From Eledone cirrhosa (lineage: Eukaryota), in NCBI GenBank assembly GCA_964016885.1, contig OZ024746.1, positions 18,910,001 to 18,974,000 of the forward strand: 64,000 nt of DNA, in the 5' to 3' direction. How positions within the stretch are numbered: the stretch's first letter is position 1; each line of letters opens with the position of its first letter. Under the pieces are notes generated by a model that did not search any database, was not told the DNA's origin, and saw nothing but the letters and a program-made list of their open reading frames with translations. Shown in pieces: positions 1 to 14,957 of the stretch. Position numbers and translations under genes: made by a program.

Positions 1-239
1 TTATAGATTAATCAGTGACAAATGTATATAAACTGGAAGTAAAGGGAGATACTTTACATCCTTTCAGATATAAAAAAAAAACATTGATTCCTCACATATA
101 TCATAGCTTGATATTTATTTATTTTTCTTTCTTTTCCAAGAAATTTGTCATCAACATTGAAACTGACGTAAACGTTACATAAGACAGAACAACATGTAAC
201 AAAGAGAAACATTATTCAGAGTATGATAAACATTTACTG

Positions 240-625
240 TATATATAATGTGTTGTTGGGTGGGGTTGTGTGTAGGTGTGCCATATGTATGTGTATGTCA
301 TTGGGTGGGGACATGTTTAAGTGTTCTGTGTGTGTATGTGTACCATGTGTGTGTGTGTGTGTGTAGTTGGGGAAGGGGACATAAGTAGGTGTGCTGTCTG
401 TGTGTGTGTGTGTGTGCAGGGACATGTGTAGGTGTGCTGTGTGTCATTGGGTAGGGACATGTGTAAGTGTTGTGTGTGTGTGTAGCAGGGACATGTGTAG
501 GTGTGAGGTGTGTGTGTGTGTGTGTGTGTGTAGCAGGGACATGTGTAGGTGTGAGGTGTGCTGTGTGTGTGTCATTGGGTGGGGACATGTGTGTATAGGT
601 GTGCCATACATGTGTGTGTGTGTCG
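240..625. repeat. Compound (TG)n minisatellite
   Basis: Repeated gggacatgtgtaggtgtg interspersed with (TG)n. Confidence 0.9.
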
Positions 626-2136
626 TTGGTTTTCCTCAAGAGCATGTTTCATAATTAGTTTGAAAGTACCAAAATAACCACATGCCAACGAGCATATAAA
701 TTTACAGAGCCCCTTACTTCTATGTATACACAGACAAGAGTGCACATTTATGTCTCTTTCTCTCTCTCTCTATATATATATATCATCATCATCACCATTT
801 AATGCCTATTCTCCAATAATTGCATGGGCCATATATTATATGTAGTGAAAATAACTATCCTATAATATTCTAGCTCTGTGTATTACATAGAGCACTCTGT
901 TCCCTTTATATGTTCTACGGAATAATTCAACACTACTTCATCATCATTTAACATCTGCTTTCTCTGCTAGTAAGGGTTGGACGTGTTTACATAGATCAAG
1001 TCAATACTGAATTAGGGCTACTGATGTCCCAGACAGGCTGGGGAGGTTTGTATTCCGCTATATATACATATATCATCATCATCATCGTTTAAAGTCCATC
1101 TTCCATGCTTGGCTGGGTTTGGACGGGAATTTTCCCACTTGAGGCAAGATTGGTTGTCTTGCTCGTATAGGACTGTCTGGCGAGTTTTCTACGGCTGGAT
1201 GCCCTTCCTAACACCAACCACATTACAGCATGGACTGTGTGTTTTTTGTCGTGAAACCTACACGACCTCATTTATTTCGGACTGGATGTTGTGGTACACA
1301 TATATATATATAACTGCTTTGTGTATACATAATCAGTTTGCATGTGTGCAGGTAAGTATACATACATATATATATATATATATATATGCTGTTTAGCCTT
1401 ATATTAGTCCTAATTAAGCAGGTCTATGATCATAGATGCTCCAGTCATGACCACCCAGTGTATCTCTGTCTACATGTTCTAAAGTGTCCTGTGTCATATA
1501 TTTTTTGACAAGGTCTGATATGAGAGAGACAGCTGATTGACCACATACATACATTCTCCCTTGTTCACTAAATGTATATATATTTGTTTACACGTTTACC
1601 CACATTCTGCCTTCTGTGGTGCTATGCATCTATGCATGTGTGTGTGTGTGTGTGTAGGCATGTATACTTACATGTTTATTCATATATACACACACACACA
1701 TATATATATATATAGGTTCCTGAATAATGTCGGGGAGGGGGGCTAAAGGTACTCAATACATTGGTAGAGAATATGCATCTTTATTGTATATATTATACAT
1801 TCCTGATGATATCTTATGAATGAAACAGTTCTAGTCCTGTAGAAGTCATATCCACCCCACTCTCGTACATACAGAGAGAGAGTGAGCGAGAGGTGTCATC
1901 ATCAAAAGCTTTATTAGATGTAAAGAGTTTTATGTAGAGAGAGAGAGTGAGAGGGAGATGGTGGGTTACATCGACAGTATCAAATCAATTCATATAGAGT
2001 TGTAATATTTTCAAATCATTTGACGTTGTTGTCCCACATCATTTTTAGGGAGATCCCAGAACATGAATAAATAAATAAACGGGCAACATATGAAAAAAAA
2101 AAAAAAAAAAAAAATGAAAGACAACTATCACCTCAC

Positions 2137-2258
2137 CTGGAGAAGAAGCTACTACTGTCCGTACAGCTAGTTTTTTTGACACTATGACTAGTGTACTGTG
2201 TGTGGTGGTATGTCTCCGCAGATGTACACATGTACATGTACATTTGACGTCCAGACAT
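2137..2258 (-). CDS. Candidate host-gene coding exon (unidentified)
   Basis: ATG-started open frame MSGRQMYMYMCTSAETYHHTQYTSHSVKKTSCTDSSSFFS ends at a consensus donor CAG|GTGAG (phase 2), in non-repetitive sequence. No homology recognised. Confidence 0.3.
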
Positions 2259-4199
2259 CCCTAAATCCTGTAGTTGGCAATAGATGTCCAGCGACACTGA
2301 AATTACTTTCTATCCAGTTTTCTACTCCTTTGAAAAACGATTTTATTTTTTATCTAGTCTCAAAGACTAGAAGAGTATGGTCGAAAATATATGACTATGA
2401 AACATTTAGGTACATATTTGAAAATAAAAATAATGGAATGTATGTGATTATATTTATGTATATAGAATCATATATATACATGTGTGTATGTGGGCATGTA
2501 TAAATAGTAGGAAAGTTTTGGGTGAATATGTGAATCTATCATATTACAAATTTATATATTGTGTGGGTGTTTTGTAAATCCCTGTTTTTTTTTCGGATAG
2601 TTTCTCAACATGGTAGAAATTCCTGCAAATGTTACAAAAATGGCACGAATATAGCTAGAACATTGGCAAGGCACACTGTGAATTTAAAGTTTCCTCCAAG
2701 TGATGAATGAAAGCAAAGCAGTCAGCTCAGCCTGACAATAATTCTTCATTACAGGTAGCAGATGAAGATGAAGCAGTCAGTTTGGTAATTGGTAACTAAA
2801 AAAAAAACACAGGTACCCACCTATCAGAGAAGGGGTAACAATGAAGTAAAAATGTTTGTGCATGAGAGAGGGAGGGAGGAAGATAAGCGGGATGAGAGAG
2901 AGATGGGGGAGGGAGGAAGATAAGCAGGAAGAGAGAGAGGAGGAAGGGAGAGAGAGGAGGGGTGAAAGTGGGAGAGAAACAGATAGACAAAATGAGAGGG
3001 AACCAATATGAAAGGAAGCTGTTAGAAATAAATAAGGGACAGAATTAAAAACAAAAGCAAAAGGTATTTCCCCAACAGATTTTGTATCAATTTTTCAGGC
3101 AATAACAACAAATACAATAATTCCAGTGTAAAAGAGCAAAACTGTGTGTCACTCAGATGTTAAAGATTTCCTAAATTTGAAAATAAATGGAACAGCTTGG
3201 ATATGGGTAGCAGTAGTCCTACATATTCCAGCAAGAATTTTAGACAAAGAAACAGGAGTTAGTTTTTACAGTTTAATATAGTGTTATAGCTTTACTGGGC
3301 TATGTCTATACTATGCCATGTTATTAAAGCTAATAATGTAGACAGATATGGCATTAACAGCTAGGAATAATGGTAATAAACTAAATAGATAAAACGTGAT
3401 GAGTAAAACAATATATATATTTATATATATGTATATATATATATATATATATAGCAACAGTAACACAGATAGATGTTCCATAGGGGAATAGCAGTTGTGT
3501 TAAATGCATACATGTGTGTGTGTGTGTAAGCATGTATGTGTGTGCGCGCGAGTCTTCCTGAATGAAAGAGAGAGAGAGAACATTCACATGTATGTATTTG
3601 TGTGTGTGTGGGGTGGTGGGTAAGATGAGGAGAAGGCGAGAGACAAGAGAAAGAAGTAATAACTGTGGAGGCTGCAATGATAGTGGATAGGGATGCTAAT
3701 GGTGGGTATCTAGATATATCTACTGGCACCTTCTGCTGCCAGCAGCTGGCATCATCTAGGTATTAACTTCTAAAAGACTGAGAAAGAGAGATTTACTGGC
3801 TGGCTAGTTGATTGAATATATGGTTGGTATGGCTAACTAAAATAATAGATTTAACACTTTTTCTTCCTCTCTACTCAAAATCAACAACTTTTTGTAATGG
3901 CCCACTTCCGAATATTCTTATTTTCTTTGTTTTGTTTTGCTCATGGCCCACATGCATATTATACCATATCTAATAAATGATAATTTGAAAAGATTCCAGG
4001 CTCGCAGAGAATACCTCAATGGCCCATACGTAGGTTCCGGTCCACCCGATGACAACCCGTGCTCTATACGTACATACACACCCACACTCTACCCCACCCC
4101 CATATATATATATATATTTTTTTCATATATTCATATTAATGAATATTTGAACTCTACTTCAGTATTGAGTACTCTTTTCTCTCAACCATCAACTACATT

Positions 4200-4260
<61 letters not shown>

Positions 4261-5079
4261 TATATTTGTATAGATACAGAGTGTGTAACCGAGACTGCAA
4301 CAATGTGTATATAACTATACACTTATCTAATATGCAGACATGCAAACATGCCAGAAAATACAAATCTCCCTGTAAATTGAAAAAAAAAAAATTAGAAACA
4401 TCTTTGATCGATTTTCTTATCAAATTTGTCAGAAGAAGTGCATATCATCCAATCAATCATAAGAAATGTCTATTTACTGGGTATATACACTCACTCATTT
4501 ACTCTTAATATTATTCTGAAATGGACATACTAATTTGCATATAATTAGCACTCATGTTGGTAATAATTAATAAATATATATACATGCGTGTGCGTGTGTA
4601 AGGTTGTTTATCAATGGGTAGAACTGGCAGTTCTAGTTATCAAACAATGATGCAATAAATTAAAGCACTCAACATTATACAAATCATCTATTGTAGATGT
4701 GGTATCGAGTGGCTGGTGCAAGAATGGAATTAAATATTCATTAAAAACAGCAGAAGGCCGGACCAGAAATTGAGAATTTTAATTCCATGAAAACACTATA
4801 CATATCTTGATGGCCCAGTTTTATCATCCGATCATAATGCAAGATTATGGTGATTTGATCAGGTGTTATTTGCAGAATTAGTTCCATAAAACAACAAGAT
4901 GATGGTGAACACAAACAGATATTGGAAAATAAAATATTGAGGACCGATTCAATTTGGAGGTGGCTTGCACATTCAGTGTTATAGCAACAGCAAACCATCC
5001 CTGTGTGAGTATGTGTGTGCATATATACATACTATATATTGTACATAGCTATAAATCTATCTTCCTATCTACATCTAAA

Positions 5080-5457
5080 CATGACAACCTCTCTAGTGTT
5101 GATAATCTACATGACAAACACACCCAGTACAGTCTGTAAAATGGTTGGTAATAGGAAGGGCATCAAACCACAGAAAATGTGCCAAACAAAGGGGAAAAAG
5201 AACTCTTCAGCAATGTCAAAGACATGACAACTTCCCTAGTGCTGGTGACAGAGTAAAATGGACTTGGTAGGGCACAGAAACACATGTAAGCAAGCTGAGG
5301 GCCCTTGGGCCATCAGAGTACTTGGTAGAGTAAGAGAATGTAAGTGAGATGCAGGCCCTCAATCCATCTGAGCTCTGCTAGGGTCCTGACTTGGTCTGTG
5401 AAAACCTGTCCAACATTTCCTAGTAGGGAAAATGGGCATTAAATGATGATGATGATA
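5080..5457 (+). mobile_element. Older RTE-tailed repeat; related copy at 59157-59487 and many tail-only remnants
   Basis: catgacaacctctctagtgtt...ggttggt.ataggaagggcatc...attaaatgatgatgat. Confidence 0.7.
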
Positions 5458-5799
5458 TTAACATGGCTTGTTAAAGGTATAACTAATTTTTTCCATGCAG
5501 TAATTGCTTTAGCTTCAACACACAGCCCTCGGGTCAAGTCATTTCTCCTTTGTCCCCCACTGAAATCCCAGGTTTCATGCATATGTAAGAAACTATTATC
5601 AAGGTAATACTAATAACAGAGAATTGGTACAAATGATCTTTACAAGATCTAGTTGATTGTTCCATGATATTGACAAAATGTCACTAGAATTGCTGTTATG
5701 ACTCACACATACATGGGTTTAGCCAGCTTTCCATGAAGTTCCATCTCAGAGGAGGTCTCTTAGGTGTTTTAATGATAAGGGCCCCAATTGTATTATACT

Positions 5800-6140
5800 G
5801 ATTTTTATGTTATATTAGGTCAAATATATACACCCCTTCCTTACAACACTGTCTTTATACCTAGTTAAAAGAGAGCAATATTGTTTTATGATATATTAGG
5901 TCAAATATATATACACTCCTTCCTTACAACACTGTCTTTATACCTAGTCAAAGGAGAGCACTATCATTGTTTTATAATATATTAGGGTCAGATATACACC
6001 CCTTCCTTACAACACTGTCTTTATACCTAGTTAAAGGAGAGCAATATCATTGTTTTATAATATATTAGGGTCAGATATACACCCCTTCCTTACAACACTG
6101 TCTTTATACCTAGTTAAAGGAGAGCACTATCATTGTTTTA
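5800..6140. repeat. ~84-bp tandem repeat x4
   Basis: ccttccttacaacactgtctttatacctagt occurs four times. Confidence 0.93.
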
Positions 6141-6974
6141 TTCATTACACTAAGTCAGAAAGGCATTGATGTTATAAATGCTCTCTTTTCCCTGTAAGTC
6201 GGAATTTCCATGATATCTTTATTATTGATTTTCGCATTGAGTGCTTCATATTAATACACAAGACAAATAATCTTGGCAAGATTTGGTTATGCAGTTAATA
6301 AGAGCAATTGTTTTACAGTTGGATGGTTTTCCCCTCACTAACCACTCAACTGTGAAATTGAATCGTATTTTCACTCAGGCATGTTGATGAAAGTAGAGCA
6401 ATATACATTGTCCAAAGGTACAACACAACAACTGTAATAATTATTTATGGAAAATTAACTTAGAAGCTTCAACATATTTTTTTTACTATAAAAAATAGCA
6501 AATTGGGCATGAAAGCCCCTGAACAGAAAACAGTTGACAAAGTCACCTGTGGGACACTGTCAAGATTTTTCCATCCAAGGGCTTTTATGTCCAATTTTTT
6601 AGACTATTTTTCAGTCTTGGTCAGCATCTATCCTAAGGAGGGGGAGCGGTCTTACTAACTTTTTTAGTTACAACACCAAAGCCATATGAGTGAAATTTAG
6701 TAGAGAGAAATTATGTGGAAGCCTGTTGGAGGGACCATCCATTGCCAAATTTAACACCACCACAAGGGATCATTCATTGTGAAGTTTAGAACTACCACTT
6801 GGCCTTTGAGTGCCTTTAGTACTACTGCAAATATTTGTAGCAATACTCCAGTCTGAGAACAACTTCTTCCTTTCATCTTATGAATAGGATTATGGTCATT
6901 GTCCTTTTCCTTCTGAGTAAGTCATAAAATTGTCTTTTAAATGGAGTTAAAATTTACTAATCATATCTATAAAA

Positions 6975-7245
6975 TTCTGTCACTTTAAGGATCAAAATAT
7001 ATTACTAATTTATATATATACCACGCATTCCCACATTAAGCTACATTTTATTTGACCAATTCTCATTTCCTTTCAGTTTCAGAGGAACTGGGACCAAATT
7101 CAGTTTAATTCTGCCCCTTTAAAGATCCAAAATAATTTACTATTTTAAATGGAATACCACATATTCCCACATGAAGCTATATTTTATTTGGCCATCCCTC
7201 ATTTCCTTTCATTTTCAGTGGCGCCGGGACCAAACTCAGTTTACA
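6975..7245. repeat. Diverged ~135-bp tandem duplication
   Basis: attcccacat.aagcta.attt...ctcatttcctttca...gggaccaaa.tcagttt occurs twice. Confidence 0.8.
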
Positions 7246-8897
7246 CTCGATACACTGACTGAATACTTTTGCACTGCACAACCTCCTAATTTCAAAGAAG
7301 CGCTATCATTTTCTAAAGTTTTATAAGCAAAGAAGCAAAACATATTCAGAAGCTTAGTACTCAGAAGTAGGCACTTGAAATGGATAGCTGCCGAAATATC
7401 TTACCATTCTTCATATTACATAACTTTGATGAGTAAAGTTTATCTTGTATTTGAAACCTGAACACTTTACTTACCAACCAAATTACCTGTACACAGACAT
7501 AGGAATAGTCAATAAGCATCTTTTTACAGCATTACACTATGGCGACGCAGTGTTGGATTTAAAAACTTCTTCATATTTTTTTATGGAAAACAAGGGAATA
7601 TTATATGCACATTAATTGATATGCAAGCCAAATTTGGAATTTTGTTCTTCCCATTCTATTTAAGCTTTTAATTCCTTGCAGTCTCAATCAAAACCAAAGA
7701 AAATGTTACATTTGTCATCTAATTCATTAAAACATTGGATAGAATGCCTTGCAGTATTCATTTTGGCTCTCGCTCTTTGAGTTCAAATTTACCTTTCATC
7801 CATTCAAAGTTGATAAAAACAAGTATTAGTCTAGAACTGGGATTGATTTTTTCTCTATATCTCTTTCTTACTTTCCCTCCCTTACTCTCTATCCTTCTCA
7901 GGAAGGAATCTGCCGTGTTCAGACCTGGGGAGGAAATGGGCTCTTCCAGGTTTAAAACAGCCCTAGAAATGCTGTTTGTCAATACAGTGCCCCTACAACT
8001 CCAATAGGAAATATGGGACCATATCATTATTGTTATGTCCCAGTTCAGTGACTTAATGAATTCATCTGAACCATAACTTGATATCTTCACCTTTGTATTT
8101 GTCACTACCAAAATTTATCAATTTAAGGTTTATTTTATATTTAAGTTTCAATTTTATGAATCTATAATCATTCTTTCATTTAGAGATCCCCAAACATGTA
8201 AACACTATTGTTAGATTATGCAGTATTTACTTCAAAATGGACCACCATAAACAAGGTAATTTATCTCACCAACAGTAGCAAATGGAGAAGAAACTGTTAG
8301 GTAGAATTTCATGCAAATAATTCACTTTTAGTATTTTTTAAGATTTTAGCTACATTTTTCGTTCTGCAACTCCATTTGAGTTGGTTGACAGATAACATTT
8401 TTTAATTGGAAAAATATTAACTCTTAACTCCTACAGTGTCAGTTTCTACTTTATCACACAGTTTCCTTTTTTTATCTTTTGGCAAAACAATTAGGGAAGA
8501 ACACATCGTTTGTTTGTTTTGTTTCAAACAGTTTTCGTTTTACATTTGAAAAGAGGGTAATAGCCCTGAAATATTATGTTGAAATATACTGGGTAAAACA
8601 TTAGTTTGTTTTATTCTATTTGTCACCCTTTGCCCTTTATATATTTCTACCACATTCTACCAGCTTTTTGAAACTGATCAGTCACATAACTATTTATTTT
8701 GGCCAGAAGATGGGTGGGTTGGGTGTCAGTAGGATATCTTATTCCAATGAGATATACCAAGGAATTTCATAGAATACATTCATCTAAACAAACAATAAAA
8801 TAAAAATATACCGATTTAAACAAATTTTATCTCACTTATTGTATTTTATTACATTTTAGCTTCTCCCTCTCCACTCCCTATAGCTTACTCTTCTTAC

Positions 8898-9041
8898 CTT
8901 GCCCTGAATCACATGCACTACAGAAAAACTACACAATTCACTACACAAGAAATGGCAATATTTAAGGATACAAAATCTAATATTAGCAGAAATTCTTGAA
9001 TCAATTGTTTTGCAGTGATATAATTCTTCTGATAATAACAT
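8898..9041 (-). CDS. Candidate host-gene exon (unidentified)
   Basis: ATG-started frame MLLSEELYHCK...VHVIQGK ends at donor AAG|GTAAGA (phase 0). No homology recognised. Confidence 0.2.
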
Positions 9042-9734
9042 AGCAACTGGTGAATAACCAGTATCTAGGTGTAGGAGCTATTTTTATCAAAACTGACAAT
9101 AACTAAGTGTCACAGACAATGCACAATGCAATATTATAAGAGGAGAGTTTGCCTAGAAGAAGCATCAAGTTAGTCAGCTGCTGTAATAATGTTTCAGATT
9201 TAACTGACACCATTAAATATAGCTATTTATCTCTCCCCAAAACACAACTATCATTTCAGGGTGTCAGCATAATTCAAATGAAAATAAATATATTTGAATT
9301 TGACTCATGCATGAGAGTTGCTTGAAATAAATATATAAATATGAATATATATTTCTCCCCTCACCTCCCTCCCTATCTATTCTCACTCTCTCCCTCCCTT
9401 AATTTCTCTTAAAGATTTAGATAAGATTGTAAGTTATGCCTTTTGGGATATCTCATGTCCACCAATGAGTTGCTATCCAAGAATCATATACTCATAGCAA
9501 AGAATGCAATCCAACCCTACTCCAAAATAAAATAGATGTTATAGAGGGGGAAACCCCCCCCCCCCCCCCCAAAAAAAAAAAAACCAAACAAAAACAATAA
9601 TAGAATAAAACAAGAAAAAAAATCACAACCAGAAAGATTTTGTTTTGGCATGGATTAAGAAGCTAATTAGCATTGATACAAGAATGTATGTAGGGGATCA
9701 TTCACTGGGTGTATATATTTATATGTGTGTACGA

Positions 9735-9824
9735 GTGTGTGTGTGTGTGTGTGTGTGTGTGTCTGTGTGTGTGTGTCTGTGTGTGTGTGTCTGTGTCTGT
9801 GTGTCTGTGTCTGTGTCTGTGTGT

Positions 9825-9895
<71 letters not shown>

Positions 9896-9905
9896 CATAC
9901 ACACA
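9735..9905. repeat. (TG)n/(TGTC)n microsatellite
   Basis: Directly visible. Confidence 0.95.
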
Positions 9906-11053
9906 CATTAGATATAGAAAGATAGACAGGCTTTGCAAGGATGAAAAAACAGGAATAACAGAATAAGGGAAGTGAAGTCGATCAGTTTGAAGTGTGTCAG
10001 TTTACTAAGTAGGTAAGAAAAAACATGCATGAGATGTAGAAGTATAGAGTTGTGAAAAAAAAAGTGTGTAGCGAAATTATTACAGTAGTACAAAAGGTAG
10101 TCTAAAATAACTATAACAACGTCACCGGAAATATACAGGTATTTAAGCCCAGCTCAGATTCAACTTCTCTCTTTGCCTCTCCACCAAGTGTTCATCATGC
10201 AAAAGCTATACTCTAGTCTATTTCTAAGTCAGTACTGGTTGAGTGAATGTTACTGATGATAGATTAAAGAATCTTGAAACAGCCCTGTCTGGCATTCTTG
10301 ACACTGCTACTGACATATCTGTGACATGTTCACAGAACAAAACAGAAAAATAATTTTTTTACTAATGAAATAATATTTTTTCTTTGACAGCAAAGCTCCT
10401 ATATGTTTATTGTATTTAAACATACAGTAAATGCTTTCATATACACCCCTATTATGCTTAACACTGCCTTAGTGCTACTGCCAATATTGAAAACAGTATT
10501 GAACAGCTTTAAATAGAATGATGAAAAATGACAGAAGAATTTCTTCGTAAAATCTGAAGGTGCTAAATATCTATAAAAATAATAGGTTAACTTAGAACTT
10601 TAATTTAATCAGTTAGCTATCAACCATTAGAAATTATAAAAATTTAAATATATAACTAATTCAAAAACTGTTTAATCTAATGATATCAATGATATAAAGC
10701 AGAACTTATTTTCTATGAAAGGAGAAATAATCAAATAATCATTCACTGGGTGAAATACTCAAAAAGAGAATATTAAAATATAAATCTTAAATCTTAATTA
10801 TATATTAAAAAAATATTCTAAATTCATTCTGACAATTTCTTATTAAATTTTAGAAAATAATTTCATATTGTTGTTTTGATTGACAACTTTCAATATCTCA
10901 ATATTTTAAAGTTTTCTTAATCAATTATACAACATTAAAATATGAATCTTTTTTATGATGGGTCCATTGTTCATAATGATTTCCTAAAGGATTTTCTTTG
11001 ATAATAAGAGACTGATCTATCTCATTGTAGTTTGAAGAAGACAATTTGGATGC

Positions 11054-11227
11054 ATCATATATACTCGAATATAAGCCAACTCCACTATTTTATGTCTGAG
11101 CAAAAATCCAAACCTTATTTATGTAGAATTTGAAGTTGGTGAAAATCATCAAAATATTGACCCTACTTCTAACACCGATTTTTTTTTGGTCACATATTCC
11201 TCAGCTTATATTTAAGTATACACAGTA
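11054..11227. mobile_element. pogo/Tc2-like MITE
   Basis: catatatactcgaatataagcc ... agcttatatttaagtatacacagta, a decayed CCGTATATACTCGAGTATAAGCC-type TIR pair. Confidence 0.65.
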
Positions 11228-12329
11228 AGAAGGTAAACTTTATGAGCATTTTAAATTAAAACATTTCATTCATATAAATCAAATAAAGAAAAATAGCTTT
11301 TTTGATAACCGTCCACAGTTTGGATGAATTTACAAAATTCTTTAAATATTTCCTTTATTTTGAGAGCACCAACTATCAAAACCTACCTCATTGTATATTT
11401 TTTAATATATTTTTAAGTCTATGTTTTTTCTTATAGATTTTATATTTTATATTTTATATATTGTTAGATCTGTATGTTTTTTTTTTTTAAATATTTTTAA
11501 GTCCGTACGGTTTGCTACAACTGCCAAATATCTCCCCAAACCATGATAGTTGTTCATTCAGCTCTGATATATGTTTTTCACCAAATAATGTCCATATTCC
11601 AGCTGTTTAGCTTACATCTGATACTCAAATAAGATCTCAGTTGGTAATCTCAGTAGACATCAACACTATTTTAGTTATTTCCAACAAGAAAATCTGACAA
11701 GATATTATTAGGAATTTGGTTTGTTTTTTGTTTTTATTAAGAGGAGGAAATACCTCTAACTTGTCAGCAATCAATCTCCTGAGATTCTCTTTAATCTACC
11801 GTAACTGATTCATACAATAATGTTGTTGTATTATATAGGAGTGTACTCATGGAAAACTAAATTTTAAACAAGTTGTTTTCTAGTTAGAAAAAACTACTTC
11901 AAGCATATTTTAAAAGTTAATCTTGTATTTTCATTATAACTTACAAAATCTATAGAATTTTGTGTAAATAAATATATAAATGAATAAATAAATTAATAAT
12001 AAGTGTTTCTATTTTAGGCACAAGGCTAGCAATTTGAAGAGAGGGGGGTGGAACGTTGATTAAATCAACCCCAGTGCTAACTGGTGCCTTATTTTATCAA
12101 CCCCATAAGGATGAAAGGCAAAGCTAACCTTGGTGGAATTTGAGCTCAATTATAATAATAAGAAGACAATGTAAAGTGTGATGTGAACAATCAGGTGCAT
12201 TTATTTTGTGGCTTATCAATGTATGCAGTGAGTTTCCTGGTTCTAGGTGTCAGGAAGACGCTTGGTAAGAAATGGAAAAAAAACTGAAGGAAGAGGAAAA
12301 ACACAAACAATAAAAGTAATGTTGCATGA

Positions 12330-12520
12330 ATGGAGGAGGAACTTAGTCATGGCACCGGTAACAGATGTATAGAAGAAGATAACAGAAAAGGCCAGATCAC
12401 ATGTGGTAGGGGACCAAGGACACCAGAGGTCTCGAGGGAGACAGGTACAGAGAGGAAGTGGTTGGTCAGGTCCCAGTATTTAACTATCTTCCTCTCCTCT
12501 ACATTGATGTGTCTAATTGG
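12330..12520 (-). mobile_element. Possible CRE-like non-LTR remnant (RLE C-terminus)
   Basis: VEERKIVKYWDLTNHFLSVPVSLETSGVLGP resembles AE..K..KY..L...F.P.A.ET.G..GP. Confidence 0.55.
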
Positions 12521-12624
12521 TACTGACAGAGTTCTTGAAATGAGATGATAAAGCAGCTCAGTACAATATAATGGGGGATATACCACACATTCAATCTCTC
12601 TCATTGGAGCAAGTCACTCAAAAT

Positions 12625-12995
12625 ATTGAAGTCTAAATCCTAAATCCTCTGGAATTTCAGTATTCAAACAGCCAGGGAAATTCAACGCTAATTTGCCAGA
12701 TATTATCATTAAACATTTTGTTGAAAAAGACTTTTTTTTATATATGTCAGCGACCCAGCTGACAAAAACACTTCTCTAAAAACATTTGAGAAACTCAGTA
12801 AATACAAGGACCATGAAACAGAAATTAGCAGAATGTGGCATCTCAAAACAATTACATTAGTCATAGCTATTGGGGCATTACCAATGATATCCAACAGTGG
12901 AAACGATTATATAACAAATTCCTGGCTGCCCTAAATCAGTCAGTTGAAAACAAAATCTTTCTCATGGGTACTTCACACATTTTGTACAAGTTTTG
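12625..12995 (+). mobile_element. R4/Dong-clade non-LTR remnant, restriction-like endonuclease C-terminus
   Basis: Frameshifted ILWNFSIQTAREI / ANLPDIIIK / PADKNTSLKTFEKLSKYKDHETEISRMWHLKTITLVIAIGAL / LMGTSHIL matches the LWDF.IQTD..RPDI..D..K..KY..L..EI.RMW..GALG pattern. Confidence 0.82.
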
Positions 12996-13017
12996 CACCA
13001 TGTAGCTACAAACATTA

Positions 13018-14257
13018 CACACGCACACATATATATACACACACACATACATATAAATATACACACATACATATATACACACATACATACAAATATACAC
13101 ACATACATATATACACACATACATACAAATATACACACATACATACAAATATACACACATACATATATACACACACATACATATATACACACACATACAT
13201 ATATACACACACATACATATATACACACATACAAATATACACACACATACATATATACACACACATACAAATATACACACACATACATATATACACACAC
13301 ATACATATATACACACACATACATATATACACACACATACAAATATACACACACATACAAATATACACACACATACAAATATACACACACATACAAATAT
13401 ACACACACATACAAATATACACACACATACAAATATACACACACATACAAATATACACACACATACATATATACACACACATACATATATACACACACAT
13501 ACATATATACACACACATACATATATACACACACATACATATATACACACACATACATATATACACACACATACATATATACACACACATACATATATAC
13601 ACACACATACAAATATACACACATACAAATATACACACACATACAAATATACACACACACATATATACACACACATACAAATATACACACACATACATAT
13701 ATACACACACATACAAATATACACACATACATATATACACACACATACAAATATACACACACATACAAATATACACACACATACAAATATACACACACAT
13801 ACAAATATACACACATACAAATATACACACATACAAATATACACACATACAAATATACACACACATTTATACACACATACATATATACACACATACAAAT
13901 ATACACACATACAAATATACACACATACATTTATACACACATACATATATACACACATACAAATATACACACATACAAATATACACACATATACACACAC
14001 ATACAAATATACACACATATATACACACATAAATATACACACATACAAATATACACACACATAAATATACACACACATACAAATATACACACACATACAA
14101 ATATACACACACATACAAATATACACACACATGCATATATACACACACATACATATATACACACACATACATATATACACACACATACATATATACACAC
14201 ACATACATATATACACACACATACATATATACACACACATACATATATACACACACT
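13018..14257. repeat. 16-18-bp CA/TA minisatellite
   Basis: Unit atac(a/t)aatatacacacac; source of spurious long ORFs. Confidence 0.97.
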
Positions 14258-14329
14258 CAAACATGAAATTTCTGGATTATTTTACCAATTTTACAACTAC
14301 ATGGTAATGTAAAATTGTAACACTGACTT

Positions 14330-14651
14330 AGTGTAGTAGAGGTAGTTGTAGTGGTGGTAGTTGTAGTAGTGGTGGTAGTAGTAGTAGTTGAGGTAGTTGT
14401 AGTGGAGGTGGTGGTAGTTGTAATAGTGGTGGTAGTTGTAGTAGTAGTGGTGGTTGTAGTGGAGGTGGTGGTAGTTGCAGTGGAGGTAGTTGTAGTGGAG
14501 GTGGTGGTAGTTGTAATAGTGGTAGTAGTTGTAGTAGTGGTGGTAGTTGTAGTAGTGGTGGTGGTAGTTGGTAGTAGTAGTGGTAGTAGTAGTAGTAGTT
14601 GTGGTGGTCATAGTAGTAGTTGTGGTAGTAGTAGTAGTAGTTGTGGTGGTC

Positions 14652-14695
<44 letters not shown>

Positions 14696-14700
14696 GGTAG
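14330..14700. repeat. (GTA/GTG/GTT)n trinucleotide tract
   Basis: Directly visible. Confidence 0.95.
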
Positions 14701-14957
14701 ATGATATAGATGAAGAAGACATAGAAGAGAAAGGTGAAGAAATACTTTAGTAGTAGGAATTACTATGGATATTTAAAAGAGCCAACTTAAACAGTTAATA
14801 TCAATATAAATACTGCAGAAGAAATGTATCTTTAAAGCAAGACTCTGAGATGAGAGCTTCATTTCATTTTATAGATACACAGATGATTTCTTTTGACAAG
14901 ACTAATTTTACAAGAATTGCAATATAGTAGATTATATCATCTCCAGTATATTACTGA

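Noticed and set aside
12936-14722. Long ORFs of 100-440 aa (VCIY/THTY/poly-V/poly-T)
   Set aside because: These are translations of simple repeats, open in several frames on both strands.
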